Source of the DNA: Takakia lepidozioides
Lineage: Eukaryota > Plantae > Bryophyta
Direction: 5' to 3'
Assembly: GCA_030704615.1 (NCBI GenBank)
Contig: CM060733.1
Coordinates: 39,680,001 to 39,744,000 of the forward strand
DNA: 64,000 bases
Under the pieces are notes generated by a model, which did not search any database, was not told the DNA's origin, and was given only the letters and a program-made list of their open reading frames with translations. Position 1 is the stretch's first letter. Every line of letters begins with the position of its first letter. A program made the translations under genes and the position numbers. Below, piece after piece: positions 1 to 12,800 of this stretch.

Positions 1-746
1 GGGCTGCTTGTGTCTGCAGTCGGGTGATCTCGGATTGCTCTGTGAGAACCACGTCTTTTCCAAGGTACGTCATACTACTGCCGTCAGCCCCTGACAAAGG
101 TAGTCTCTGTCCCTTTGTGGTGCGCTCAAAATGGGCGGGGGGTCAATGGCCACAAGGCCACGGCAAAAATCGTCTTTCGAGTACATTCTCTTCCAGAACA
201 TTTCTAAAGTCTTCGGGAATTAATGCAGCACAGGAACTAGTGAGTGATAAGTAGGGTTGGCGTGTTTGCTAGAAAAAATTTAGGCTGTCATTGTCAGCTG
301 CTAGCAGCAAGGGGCCTCATCTATGCATATTGGTGCCAAGGCATGGATAGCTGAAGGAGCAGGGATGGTGTGTGGGTCCAGATTCATCTGAGAGGGCCGG
401 ATTTGATTACCTATGAATCTCTGTGGATTGATAGCTGTAAGAAACCTGCAAGGGTAGATGGTCAACTGGCAGCAGCAGCGGCAGCACAGTTGATAAAATC
501 GGGCCCATCCACCATGACCATAGCTTCCAAAAGAGGACCAAGAGAGGGAGTCCATAAAACCTCTTCTGGCACTTCTGGGCATGTGAGGATGCTATGTGAG
601 GCAGGTCACCTGAAAGAGGCTCTACAGATTTTGACCCAAGGAGGCTTTTAAGCAGATTCAGATACTTATGTCTGTCTCTTGCAAAAGTGCATCAAGATGA
701 AAAGCCTGGAAGTCGGAAAGCAGGTGCATGCTCACATTATCCAAAA
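1..746. repeat. Inverted segmental duplication of ~48810-49553
   Basis: Reverse complement of 49553-48810 aligns by eye along the whole stretch, including non-coding upstream DNA. Confidence 0.9.
370..746 (+). pseudogene. 5' fragment of a PLS-DYW PPR gene (inverted paralog of the 46859-49186 gene), truncated
   Basis: Translation nearly identical to the N-terminus of the 775-aa ORF (WVQIH..TSSGTSGHVRMLCEAGHLKEALQILTQGG). In-frame TAA at 649-651 (TCA in the paralog). Homology stops at about 746. Confidence 0.9.
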
Positions 747-1085
747 ATGTGAATTTTTTTTCCACTGTGGCAGTGTTTCCTCTGACGTGTTTGTGTGCTT
801 TTCAGTGGGAATGTAGTTATCTTTTCTTGAAGGAAACGTCCCAAAAGCTCCTTGTTAACGTGAATGGCTACATCAGAAGGCCTGCTCTGAAAGTGGCCGG
901 GCCCAATCATGCTCTCAGCAACAAAAAGGGGTGACAGGGTTCATAGTTCAGAGAGTACAAACGGAGCTCTTATTACTGCTCTCTATTCAGGCATTTTTGG
1001 AATTCCCTATGTGGGGGCACGGATAGCTCAGGGAGGCAGGGATGGATTGTGGGTGCAGGTTCACCCTAAAGGACCAGGGTTCAAG

Positions 1086-2820
1086 TCCTTGGCAGAACCT
1101 CTAGGTCCAACAGTGAGGGGTCCTCTGATGAATGGAAGGACACAGTCGGAAAAACTGTTCCTATGATTCAAAACAGCCCTGATGAACTGGAGTACATTTC
1201 GAAGGCTTACAACGCTCCCATTAGTTCTTATGAGATTGTGGAAGCAATTGATCATTTTAATGGGTATAAAGCTGGTGGACCTGATGGCATAGTCAACGAG
1301 CTTATCAAGCACGGTGACGATCACATGATAGAGGCCCTAGTTCTACTCTTTAACCTTATCTGGAAGACTGAAATGATTCCCCTCCGCTGGCGACAGGGGG
1401 TAATTGTCAATCTCTACAAGAAGGGTGACAGAGAAGAACCGGGGAACTACCGTGGCATCACGCTCCTTGCTGTTGGCAAGATATTTTGCAGAGTTATAAG
1501 TACTCGTCTCGAGGTTGATCTGGAATCTACAGGTTGTTTCCACGAAGGCCAAGCGGGCTTTCGGCGAACCAGGGGCTGTGTGGATCATATCTTCACTCTA
1601 AGCCAGACTATTCAGGGAAGGAAAAAGAAGGAAGCCGACTTATGTTTTTTTCCTGGATGTCAAAAAGGCTTATGATACAGTGTGGAGAGATGGTCTTTGG
1701 CTCCGCCTGTGGTCTTGTGGGATCAAGGGAAACATGTGGAGAGTTGTCCATAACTTGTATACTCACACCAAAAGTTCTGTCATTGTTAATGGACAGAAGT
1801 CTAACTTCTTTGACATAGACCAAGGTGTAGCTCAAGAATGTACTCTCTCCCCTCTGCTCTTCAATGTCTTCATCAATCAACTCCTTGAGGATGTGGAAAG
1901 TGAGGGATTTGGGTTAAGGGTGGGTGATGCCACCATACCAGCCCTTATGTTTGCGGATGACTTCGCAGGCATAGGGGTGACTCCTTCCAAGCTCCAGGAA
2001 TTGATTGATTGCGCGAAGAGATACTTTGATCTTTGGGGGCTAGAGGCTAACGTCAGTAAATGTGCAGTGGTGGCATTCAACGACAGAGGGAGGGAGGACC
2101 GGTCAAACAGGCTAAGTCATGGCAGAAGAGAGTAGAAGAGATTCTCAAGGATCTGAATTTGGATCCGCAAGTCTTGACCCTGCTGGATAAACCTGACTTA
2201 AAGGCTGTAGTGTCCAAAGCCGTGTCTGTTTCCAGAAAATTGTCTGATGAAAATGAAGTTAGCCAGAAAACTTCCCTGAACTTGTTTCCAGTCTGTGACA
2301 TGGGGGAGGACATCATGGATGACCTCAAGGGTCTACCCACTCTTGGCACCAGACTGAAATTTAAACTCAGGGCAGGAAGCCTACGTTTGAACAGCAAACA
2401 GATGCAGAGAGGAAAGGGAGAGTGCAATTGCTCGTTGTGTGGGCAACCCGAAGACAATGTTCATTCCCTGATTCACTGTCCGGGGTTCTCTCACCAGAGA
2501 GACGCTCTCCTCAAATCTATCAAAGGAATTGTGCCTGTACCTCTGTTTACCATCTTTGAAAGTCTCGAGGCTGAGCCAAAAGCCCAGGCCCTTCTGGGGT
2601 CTAGTTATTGGGCAAACCACACACAGCAGATTGATGCTTGTGTGAAGGGTTTTCTAGAGGATATCTGGAAAACCCGGATCAATGTTCTATATCAAGGTAA
2701 GTCATACTACCGACGTCAGCCCCTGACAGAGGTAGGTTCTGTCCCTTTGTGTTCCGCTCAAACTGGGCGCGGGGTCAATGGCCACAAGGCTATGGCAAAC
2801 AACGTCTTATGAGTACATTC
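1086..2820 (+). mobile_element. 5'-truncated, frameshifted LINE (RT + C-terminal CCHC), with an internal deletion near 2095
   Basis: RT motifs GPDGI, NYRGITLL, QAGFR, QxCTLSPLLF, FADD in ORFs 1163-1675 and 1680-2135. CSLC..H..C knuckle in 2060-2812. Close paralog of the 19513-22990 copy but lacking its KWQWGSQ..WKQDR segment. Confidence 0.92.
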
Positions 2821-3483
2821 TGTTTGGTCTGAAAAAGAAAGCAGGCACAGGAGCACTACAGGCACCAATAGTACCAGATGAAAAGATAGACAATGATATG
2901 CATGGTACACTGACTTATTGAGCCCACATAAATTATAAATGGATGCAACGTACGAGCTCCACTCGATTCAACAACAGTTTACAGATCTTGAGCAATTGAA
3001 GACCAACAATGTCGACCAAATGAGAAGACTGGCAGCAGTTCAAAGGGAATCCAGCATCCCTACGGCTAAACTGCACTTACCCCAAATAGGTAGACCTCAT
3101 TCATTCCTTAAAAGCTCCCAGCTGCCTTTATGCATTTCCCTCCAGTGCTTCTTCTGGTAGGAATGCCCATGGCCTCGTACCACCTGCAGCGGGGGGCTCA
3201 GTCAAGTGGCACCTCTCTCTCACACAAAGTGCACAGAAAGGGAGATTATCCACTCAACAAACTCTGTCTGTCACATCTACCAGCTTGAGGGAAGGGTAGA
3301 TCTGCTCATCAACCTCATCACTTGTGGGGTCACACGCAAGGCAGGATGCTGTGTCTTCAGATAGCTAAACATGCATGAACTCCTCAAACACTGTGTTGCC
3401 TTTTTCTCCCTCCACCTGGTTTGCAAATGGGAATAGTGTGTTCATAACAGAGACGCACCATGCCACTCAGTCTCTCGCTCAGA

Positions 3484-4738
3484 TCACCAGTAATCCCCAC
3501 AAGAACAAACCCCAGCTTCAAAGTGGTGAAACCGATTGGCATCCCGTACAACAATTGTTCGTTCAACAATCTTTGAGATGAACTTGGTGGCCATGTGGCA
3601 GTCACCACACACTCGAAGGTTCTTGATGATACGGAGAGGCGTCCCAGGTGGGGTGCTGATCAGCCCAAAAGCAATGGCCAGCTTCTCACTGTGGTGGCCA
3701 ATAGAAAATTCTTTTTGCTCCTCTTCCACGTTACGCAATACAAAGCATGTGTCAGGCACGTACCCTGCTGCCTTCATCAACCCAAATAATCTCTTCAGCT
3801 CAGCATGGATCTTCTCAATTTTTGGATGCAATTTGTCATCTACAACAAAAGTATGCGCCCAGTCGTCCACCTCAATGCAGGTCTGCCCTGGCTTCCTTCT
3901 GACACCTCTGTGCTGCATCATTTTCCTTACCTGTGCTGTATCATCCCATCTGTCAGCTGCAGCATAGATGTTTGATAGCATCACATAAGTTGGAGCATCC
4001 TGTGGATTACACTTGAGAATATACTTTGCTGCATGTTCTGCTACCTGCACATTGCCATGGATTCTGCAGGCACCAAGCAAGGCCATCCACACCAAAGCGC
4101 CTGGTTTCAATGGCATGCTATTAATGAAGTCTTCTGCCTCGTCCAATTGCCCTGCACGGCCAAGAAGGTCCACCATTCAGCCAAAATGCTCCGTTGTGGG
4201 AGTAAGGCCATAATCTTGACTGATGGAATTAAAGTAGTGATGCCCTTCATCCACTAGGCCCACATGCCTACATGCAGAGAGAACTGATATAAACGTGATA
4301 CTGTCTGGCCTCAAGCCTTCCTGTTGCATGTTTTCAAATAGTTGGAGGGCCTCCCTGCTATACCCATGCTGCCCATATCCTGCAATTAATGCACTCCATG
4401 AGACTACATTTTGTTGAGCCATTTTGCCAAAGACTTGCCGTGCATCCCTCAGGCTCCCTGATTTGGCATACATGTCGACAAGGCTATTTTCGAGAATGGA
4501 ATCCAATGGAATTCCAGCTTCGATGATGGCAGCATGCACCCCTTCTTCTAGAGCTGCAAGGCTTGCACAAGCATTGAGAACACAAATAAATGTTATCTTG
4601 TCTGGCATAACCCCAGTCCACATCATTCGTTCATACATCTCAAAAGCCTCCCTACCATACCCATGCCTTGTATATCTGCAATGATCACGTTCCATGAGAC
4701 AACATTTTGTAGAGCCATATTGTCAAACACTTGACGTG
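3484..4738 (-). pseudogene. 3' half of a PLS-E-DYW PPR gene split by the TIR transposon
   Basis: P/L/S repeats, E domain, HHSEKLAIAFG, LRVCGDCH, CSCGDYW. Stop at 4177-4179 and frameshift near 4680. Joins to 24120-24984 to rebuild DARQVFDNM. Confidence 0.93.
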
Positions 4739-5118
4739 TAGGGAATTCCAAATAGGCCTTGATGTGAAATGCAGCGCAATTCACTTGATCAGATGCCAAT
4801 TCAATTGAACTAACCCTAATTTGCAATTCAAAATTCAATTGAATCGCCACTTGGCAATTCAATTGAATTGCTGACTGCAATTCAATTGAATTGTAATCTA
4901 TAATTTTTAACGCAGTTTTGTATATAATATATATAATATATTATCATGTGTATGTATATGTATATGTATCGTATACACATATACATACGAGAGTATAAGA
5001 TGAATATACATGCTGGCCCGTCTATTCCTGTTGCCCGTCCATCCTTTGCTTGTGGTAAGGCCTAAGTCACGACATGAGTCGCGTACCCTAAAGGAGAGAT
5101 ATATACTAGAGAGAGAGC
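4739..5118 (+). repeat. Left TIR (~380 bp)
   Basis: Reverse complement of 23794-24119 with only a few mismatches, plus ~54 bp of extra CAATTCAATTGAATTG-type subrepeats. Contains a TA-rich microsatellite. Confidence 0.95.
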
Positions 5119-5711
5119 GAGAGCGAGGGAAAGAGAGAGAGAAATGAAGTGATGAAGGGTTTTTAGGGCAGAGGTGCCCTAAAAGTGAAAGGATCAAATC
5201 AGTTGGAGGACGAGAAGTAACGAGAGAAGAATGCAACAACAAGTTTAGGGTTGAGCGGTGGTGGCGCTATGTATGATGGAAGCCTTCTTGGATCACCAAA
5301 TGACAAGATCTGCCCATGAGTAAGCACATTCCCATATTGGCATGAGTTCCCCCAATCATTGATAAAGATATCATTTTAGCTAAAGCTGTAGTTATTGTGT
5401 ACGTGCAGGTGACTCATGAGTTTTGAGGAGAGAACTTTAGGGGTAGTAGAGTGGGTTACCAAACGCTCCTCAACACACACTGAAAGAAAGAGCTTGATCA
5501 CATGGTTTGTCTTCAACCTGCCCACACTGTGTACTGTGGTTTGCTAATACATTTTAGGATACAGTAGTTGTTGTTTCAAAGTACATTTGGTTCATCTACT
5601 TGATAGCCTATGTGAACTTTAGTGACGTAAGTCCTATGGGGAGTGTGTGAGTGGATGCAGTGACTACAGAATTAACAGCAAACAATTACAACAAGGGCAA
5701 GGTCGAAAGCA

Positions 5712-7450
5712 TTGGCACTGGGGCTATTAAGCAGAGATAAGACAGATCATGTGAACATGGAAAACAACCATTTGGATGGTGACAAAGTAGTGGATGATTT
5801 AGTACTTTATGTGGAAGCAATGTTGAATGAGGGTGCCACAATGAAATCAATCGTCACTGCCCTTTCTTTCGATGATGTACGACCACTGAGAAGATTGCTA
5901 TCAGAAGTCCAAGGGTCTCCTTTCAAAGTTCATCATGAATTGAGTGTCCAATGCTTGTGTGAAAAGATTCAAGAGTTACTTCCTATTGAAGAGAATGGGT
6001 CAAATTGGGGAATGAGAACAGTGCAATCTGCCTTAAGGAGGTCAAATTGGCGGATTCCTCGAAGGAAGGTGGGGGAAGCTTTGAAAATCATCTCACCCTA
6101 TCATTATGAGCGTAGGAGAAGGGCACAGGCAATTCGGAGGACTCAGTATAATGTCACAATGCCTATGGCTCTATGGCACATTGACTGTAAGTATTTTATC
6201 TCATGCATCTTAATGTTCTTTGAAGATGCACATGCAAGACGTTTTCTTTGTATTACATATCGCACAAAATTGTAGGCAAACTAAAACATGTATGCAATTC
6301 GTGGTGCAGCTTATGACAAATTGATTATGTTTGGTCTTCGAGTACATGCTGGCATTGATGGGGCCTCTCATTTTGTTTTATGGGCGAACGTTGCAAGAAA
6401 CAAGAAAGAAAAAACCATTTTCAAAGGATATCACGATGCAGTTTCCAAGTTTGGAGCACCTTTACGAATTCGATCTGATTTTGCAGTAGAGCACTCTCTT
6501 ATAAAACAACACATTGAAGCCACACGTTCTGAAACACCCAATCCGTACTTGACTGGGTCTTCTACACACAATCAGGTTAGTGTTCTATACAATTCTATCT
6601 TGCATATCAACTTTACGTTTCTGTCATATTTCTTGGTTCATCTTTATTAATCTTTGAGTGTGTAATGTTGTGCATATTCCTAATACTTTGTGTGGTGTAA
6701 TCACCACGTTAGAGGATTGAACACTTTTGGCGGCATCTATGGGAGAAGGTAATGTTCTACTACAAAAATTGCTTCCAAGCAATGGTCAATGATGGATTAT
6801 TGGATATGGACGATCCGTGGCAACGAGAATCTTTTATTGACGTTTATATGCCTATACTACAAGAAGCTGTTGATGAATACGTGAAGATTTGGAATGGACA
6901 TCGAGTTCGCACGATTAATGAAAACGGTCGATATCGTCGATCATATGTTCATGCTCGTTTCTTTCGCGAGTATGAACGTTTGCATGGGTAAGCTCATGGT
7001 TTTCTCTTGTTTGTACTTTCATTGTTAAGCTACAATTTACATTGGAATGTTATTCTAATATGGTGATGTGTTTGATCATGTAGATGGACCAGCCACCTTA
7101 TTGATGACCCATGATTCAGGGAAGACCCCCGACACATTGGTAACCAAGACTTGGGGCCTCGTGGGAATCAAAGGTGGCGATGTGCAGGTGGTTTGCATGA
7201 CCTTCCTACCAAAGGAGCTGAACTCATTCCTGACATGGTTCGTGTCCGTGCACAAGCTTATGAAATTGGAAAGGTTGGGAAGGATTCGATCTCTTGTTTT
7301 CATCTCCACTACTACATGTCTCGGTATTGTGGTTTGGCAACGCATGAACATAGATATTTTGATCAATTGGACCTCATTGGTAATACCGTGTTAAGTAGGG
7401 AAGCACTCCAACTTTTAATTACACAAGCTCTTGTATGTAATTGTGATTAA
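5712..7450 (+). CDS. Spliced DDE integrase-core transposase (IS3EU-like); 5' end uncertain
   Basis: GT-AG introns at about 6187-6309, 6576-6712 and 6988-7083 join LWHID-SYDKLIMFGLRVHAGIDGAS, RIRSDFAVEH, GSSTHNQ-RIEHFW and WNGHRVR. D, D and E are present. Probable premature TGA near 7112 in the last exon. Confidence 0.85.
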
Positions 7451-8199
7451 CTGAATAAGTGGGACAATCACATTCAAAGATAATTATTTTATGTCACGTA
7501 CTTTGAGGATTTCTGTTAAATAAATGTCATCATCATATCCATTGTCCATATTGAACCATACACCCTAAACATCAAACCATACTACTTGGGGGCAGGGCCT
7601 GGGTTGTACGATCTCTGGAGGGTTGTGAAATTGTTGGGTTTCATTGGGAAGTGCACAGCGTGAGGCTCATGAGGCCGCCTTTTATCTCCAACAATCTTTG
7701 TCTGCCCCACATATGAGACAATGATGACCAACTTGCCTCATTTTCAAGAACCCTCTGTTCATAATCTAAGAATTTTGCATACAGTAATAAAAATCTGAAT
7801 ATACACTCATGGAGACACGAATATTCAACCAGGACTTATAGCTGCACCCTTGTCTCTTATATGCCATGTACCTTGAGTTTAAAATCTGATAACTTGTGTT
7901 CTGTTGATTGGAGTCATGGTTTCTCCAACTGCTGTATACCTTCCATAGCCACCGAGAGGTCTATCTCTCCAGGTTCTGGAACACTCCTGTAGCCTGTACA
8001 ACCACAAAGTAGAATTTTTTGGCTTCCATGTAACATTTATTTTTCTCACATAAGTGGTGAACAACCTTACAGTTGGCATGATGATGATAGGTATGACAGG
8101 TATGATGACGAGGTATCACTTGGCATGATAGGTTAGGAGTCTACTTTCATATGCCCAAGTCAAGTTTCAACCTCTACTGAATGGACGCCCTTTGCGCAG

Positions 8200-9040
8200 G
8201 TGTAGCGGTATAGCGTTTGATTACAACGAAACTTAGTTAGTTTTGGTAAATTAGTCTATATGCAGGTAGAGGTATCGTCATTGGGTACTAGCCCTGTTTG
8301 GTATACTCACAGAGGTACAGCGCTTGATTCCAAAGAAACTTAGTCAAAACTACACCATCTGTAGGTAAGGTTATCGTTATGAGGTAGTTTCCCTGTTTGG
8401 TATACTCACAGAGGTACAGCGCTTGATTCCAAAGAAACTTAGTCAAAACTACACTATATGTAGGTAAGGGTATCGTTATGAGATAGTTTCCCTGTTTGGT
8501 ATACCTACAGAGGTATAGCGTTTGATTTACAAATAAATTTGATGTCAAAAACAGTGTATATTTATGGGCAGATATTGTCATGAGGTAGTAGCCCTGATTA
8601 GTATACCAACAGAGGTATAACACAAGTTGACAAAGAAACTTAGTTATATATACTAGTACTGGTATCGTCATTAGGTTGTAGCCCTGTTTGATATATCTGC
8701 AGAGATATAGTATTTCATTTTACAAGAAAAGTTGGCCAAATTAATCTATATTTTACGGAGGTTTCGTCATGAGACAGTAGCCCTGTTTAGTATACCACCA
8801 GAGGTATAGCGCCTGACTTACAAAGAAACTTGGTCAAATCAGCCTATATGCAGGTTGACGTATCGTTATGAGGTAGTTCCCCTGTTTAGTATACCTACAG
8901 AGGTATAACGCATGATAGCCAAAGAAACTCAAGATAAATCAGGCTGTAGGTATCGTTAAGAGGTAATAGTCATGTTTGGTTTACCTACAGAGATATACTG
9001 TCTGGAAGACAAAGAAACCTAACATAATTCAGTCTATATG
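8200..9040 (+). repeat. Tandem array of ~99-bp units (about 8 copies)
   Basis: GGTATCGTYATGAGGTAG..CCCTGTTTGGTATAC..CAGAGGTA.AGCG..TGA....AAAGAAACTT recurs at 8271, 8370, 8469, 8571, 8661, 8760, 8859, 8949. Confidence 0.92.
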
Positions 9041-9824
9041 CCCCTGGTCGCAGCTGAAAAAATGACTTCCTGCATAGCAAAAGCTCAGACATATCTGCAT
9101 AAGACCATAGGAGTGCCCAAATTAGTGAACACATGTTACCTTACCCACTTTCTTATTGCCAATTGTGTAATGCTGTGGATGTTTCTAAACCTTAAAATGG
9201 CATTGGATAAACCCTAAAACATGTGTGAGATTTCACTAGCTTTCAAGGACAACAACAGGGCATGACCAATTCATCAAAGAAGACAATCTTGAACTGTGAT
9301 ACTTCTCATGGGGTGATATTTATAATGTAATAATGTCTTGAAGCTTTACAAAAATCATACGGCAGGTGGGCCTCTCTCCCACCCTCTCCCCCAAGACTAA
9401 AACATATTAGAGCACTTCATACAGCGCATAAGAATGTCAAACTAGCTAATAAATATTTTATAGTAGAGTACTCCACTTACCATATTAAATATGCAGTATA
9501 ACAGCATTCCATTAATGGGTGCAAGAAGATAAGGGACCGCAGCTATACCTCACTGTCAAAATCCTCATCCATTGATGACGTCTGTGCAAAAGTCACCAAC
9601 AGCTGGAAATGTAACAACCGACAACAAAAATGGATTCCCATCCTTGGGCCACAACCAGATGGCACCTCTCCAACCAGATGGCACTACTCAGCGAACTTGT
9701 AACATTTAACATTCAACCAGATGTCACACTCACAGTACCACTCCAAGAGCATTTCAATTATGTATGATACCACAAAATCAACCCCTCTGTTTGAGCCATG
9801 ACTCACACCCTTCACCTCCACATG

Positions 9825-12800
9825 TCATGCTCGACCATAACTACTATCCATGGTAGAATAGTTAATCTTCGTCATCATCATTGAGGCATCTTTGTATGGG
9901 GGAAGATATAGAACTTGAAAGCAAGTGCTTGCTTGAATGCATGGATAGTCGTGTCGATTGAGAAGTTGTATATTGATGTCTTTGCCGCCAAAGTACTCCA
10001 ATCCAATGATAAAAATAGCCAATCGAGACCTCTCAGCATAGGTCATTTGATCCACACAATCTCGAAACCATTTTTGTTGGAGGGGCAATATAGATACATC
10101 AAATATGCACTTCCTCAAGAAATTACTTGCTTCAATTGCACAGGCACCATTGAATACAACACGCATTGTATCAGGAGATATGCCTTTCAAACTGTCTTTC
10201 ATTCGATCTTTTATGGTGGGTGCACATGGTGCTTGTTCCACAGCCATGTAAAACCCCTCTTGCATTGCCTTCACAATCAAATTGCGTCCATTGAAAAGAT
10301 GACTCCAAACAATGGCTCCAATCTTGTGCTCAACTTCACATTCCCAATTTTCTTCTGTCAGATTGAAATCCGAGAATGTCCAAGCCAAGTCTTCATGTGT
10401 TTCATCCTCTTGGAGTCTTCGAATCAATTTCATTGCCTCATCTCTTGATTTTCTAAGGCAATTTAAGATTGACCATTTTGCGGCCCAGCCCAATCGAAAA
10501 TCACGTTCTAAATCCTTTTTCATTTTGGGCTCCACACCAACGGACATGTTTTTGGACTCGGGGACTTGGTCACAAAACATGACCAAAGTTGCGAATGAAA
10601 AAGGTCTTGAGACTTCCAATTCGTTCGATGCGAGCATGAAGATCAAATGCCCTAGCATTTTGGCCTGCAATATGCACAAACAAATAGTATGAATCAACAA
10701 TGATACCTAACATTCAAACACAAGAAATGACTGTCATGGGAGTATCTTTAAAAATAATTCATGCATGTCAATCTAAAACAAATGACTTTGCAATCCAAAT
10801 CTCACCGCATCCAATTGAATGTCTGCGCGTATGACCTCAGAATCCAATTTTGGATGCAACAACTTTCCTTGAAGATTATCAGGATATTCAAATATGGAAT
10901 TGTAGCTCTGAAAACCAACAACAAAATCATCAGTCTTTGCTAGTACAATTCAAGTTTGTCATAAAATGCAAAAAGCACAAAATACATTCCTAAGTATGCA
11001 AAATGTGCATCAAAGCAAAAGATTACAAATAATCTTAAGACATGAAAAAAGTTTGTGTTTACTGCTTACGAAAGAGGTAGACCAAAATTGCTTCCAAGTA
11101 TTTGTAAGCCATGCATCACGCAAACCATCTTCATCGATAGTCAATCTTTCAGCAATGCCGCTGCAATGAATAAATTCAACCTTTGGTCTATAGCAAGCTC
11201 TTTCATGTTTGATCTCATTCCATTCAAGGTTGAAAGCTTGAAGCTCCTTCGTTTGGGTGACCTTGAAAAACAACACGGAAATTTCAACAACTTCGAAATG
11301 TCTAATTCTAAGTGAAAGCAAGCTTACAAAATTAAATACGATCATGACAGTGCATGAACTCACCGGAATCTTGGTAATAGTGATGTTGGAAAAGCCCAAC
11401 CATCTTTTGTACGGCTTGAAAATAATTTGACTCATATAATACCGTTGGTATTTCAATATGGCTTCATCAACCTTCTCTCTTGATTGCAAAAGTGTCGCCT
11501 CATCTTGGTGAGTCTCAATTTTGTCTGAGCAACACATAAGCTCAAGGTGGGCCCTTGAAAATTTGGTAAAAGCACATAACTTCAATGTCTCATGGATTCT
11601 TTGACTGAAGGTGTGATCTTCATCACCTAGAGAACCTCCATTGATGTTGTAGTGTTGTAGAATCTCTTCTGCTGTTGGGATACATAGACCAACATTCGAG
11701 GACTTTGAGATAGCTAAATCCCATGCATCCCAATCTTTCCAAAAAGGTCGCGCCATGAGCTCAAACTAAATTCGAATATCGCCAGGATTATACATGCTCA
11801 TGGAAGGGTGCATAGTAACCCTACTGAGATTAGCCTCACATGTAGTGGAACCCCTACGAAGCTCTTTTCTTTTAAAAAGCTCGTTACCAATACGTCTCAA
11901 CACTTCATCATTGAAAGAATCTGTATGGAGCTCAACTTTAAACATGTCAAAAGCTGACCAAAAAGCTTGGGATCTCTGTTCATCCTTGTGGACATCGAGT
12001 GCTTCATATGCAGATTTAACATCACGTTCCCCCAATGCCTCGAAGTATGCCTCTTGATGTTTGATCCATGTCTCTGCCATCTTGTTCAGAACTTCATCTT
12101 CAGCTGCCCATGTATAATGAGTGGGTGTTGAGTCCATCTCATTAACAATCATACTAGATGAGGAGGACATACCAACATGCGTTGTTGTGATTGGTGATGC
12201 ACGTAATGCCAGATTATAGTGACCTTGGACATTCCCCCGTTGCACGTTCCTACATCCACCTCGAGGCGGCTCACTCATAAAATCTGAATCAGAATCTCCA
12301 AGGCTGCTAGTCGGAATATTGCCACTTGATTGTTCCATCAATCCAAACGAATACACATCACTGTTTAATCCCGTGATGTGCAGGGTCGTAGAAGGCCTTA
12401 CCCCATTTGAACCTCTGACACGCTTCGGTACTTGTGACGTACTATCAGCTTCAATGTGAGATGTTGTCATACCATAAGGCCTTTCGACCCTTCGAACATC
12501 TTGGGGCACTTGGGTGACATGAACATCTTGAACTTGTGATGGGGCCATATGGAAAGGTTCACCATCGTTTGATGAGGACAGAGATTGAGAATCTTCAATC
12601 TCCATAGGCCTGATCTGTGCACTACCACATCGCCATCCATGGGCATTGGACCTTCTTTCATTGTCAACCTCCCTACACCTTCTATCCCTCTTCTTAGGTG
12701 GATTTCTTAGGAATTGTTGATAAGCAACAATTCCATCACTTGGGACTGTGCTTACATCAGGAACATATGAAACCTCGCTGCTATCAGGGATGTAAACAAC

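Noticed and set aside
996-1009. 14-bp match to the transposon right terminus (TTTGGAATTCCCTA)
   Set aside because: No partner TIR or TSD was found; it cannot be distinguished from chance or a tiny relic.
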